Positions 36,533 to 36,731 of a DNA stretch of 36,731 nucleotides are shown here, piece by piece. The DNA comes from Candidatus Hydrothermales bacterium (GTDB lineage: Bacteria; Hydrothermota; Hydrothermia; Hydrothermales; JAJRUZ01), in contig JBCNUW010000019.1 of assembly GCA_039630575.1 (NCBI GenBank), forward strand, positions 1 to 36,731, written 5' to 3'. The translations under genes were made by a program, and so were the position numbers. How positions within the stretch are numbered: position 1 is the stretch's first letter; each line of letters begins with the position of its first letter. Below the pieces are notes generated by a model. It was given only the letters and a program-made list of their open reading frames with translations. It was not told the DNA's origin and ran no database searches.

Positions 36533-36731
36533 TCATTAATATCTATTTAAAACATCATACAGAGAAAATCTTAAAAGACTTTTAATAACATCCTCTAATT
36601 TACCACTTTTAGCCCATGTTTGCCATTTTTTAGGCAAAAAATTGAATTTTTAATGCCTTTTAATTTCAAAAGTTATTGATTTTCAAAGTTTTTTAATTTT
36701 AATCTCTTTTAAATTTTTAAAAAATGGTGGG

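Noticed and set aside
36535..36731. Minus-strand stretch FLPKKWQTWAKSGKLEDVIKSLLRFSLYDVLNRY*
   Set aside because: An in-frame stop lies just upstream and no family is recognisable; it may be a gene remnant but cannot be supported at the window edge.
1..36731. CRISPR arrays, IS elements, rRNA, riboswitches (e.g. upstream of mgtE or thiL)
   Set aside because: No regularly spaced repeats, transposase ORFs or GC-rich structured RNA other than the tRNA were seen; the mgtE and thiL leaders are too short for known riboswitches.

Overview
AT-rich bacterial chromosomal window (about 30% GC by eye) from a diderm, probably thermophilic organism. The evidence is two LolA-fold genes and K/E/I-rich proteins; a WOR-3-like or other deep-branching lineage is a guess only. 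From left to right it holds: a partial large beta-class DNA methyltransferase (type III Mod-like, missed by the ORF track); a decayed GNAT pseudogene; a LolA-like protein; a GT4; the conserved proS-rimP-nusA-infB-DUF503-rbfA-truB-ribF-rpsO-pnp cluster; acyl-CoA dehydrogenase, thiL, tRNA-Arg(GCG), a HAD hydrolase, acpS, a TPR protein and an ExeA-like ATPase; a minus-strand run sucD-lolA-icd-like-methyltransferase-EndoQ-hutH-like; a probable lipoprotein, an M23 peptidase and mgtE; a flavodoxin-like gene with a divergent smc; and a translationally coupled pair encoding a Zn-ribbon/TM/4xOB-fold protein and an archaeal-type TctA-like permease. That last pair is the best candidate for an undescribed system, possibly nucleic-acid capture and uptake. 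Other notable signals are the GCG-anticodon Arg tRNA, a beta-clamp motif on EndoQ, a tRNA T-arm-like hairpin in the rpsO leader, an interrupted infB 5' end, leaderless-type promoters and very short signal peptides. No CRISPR array, IS element or rRNA was seen. All family calls come from motif recognition, not database searches.
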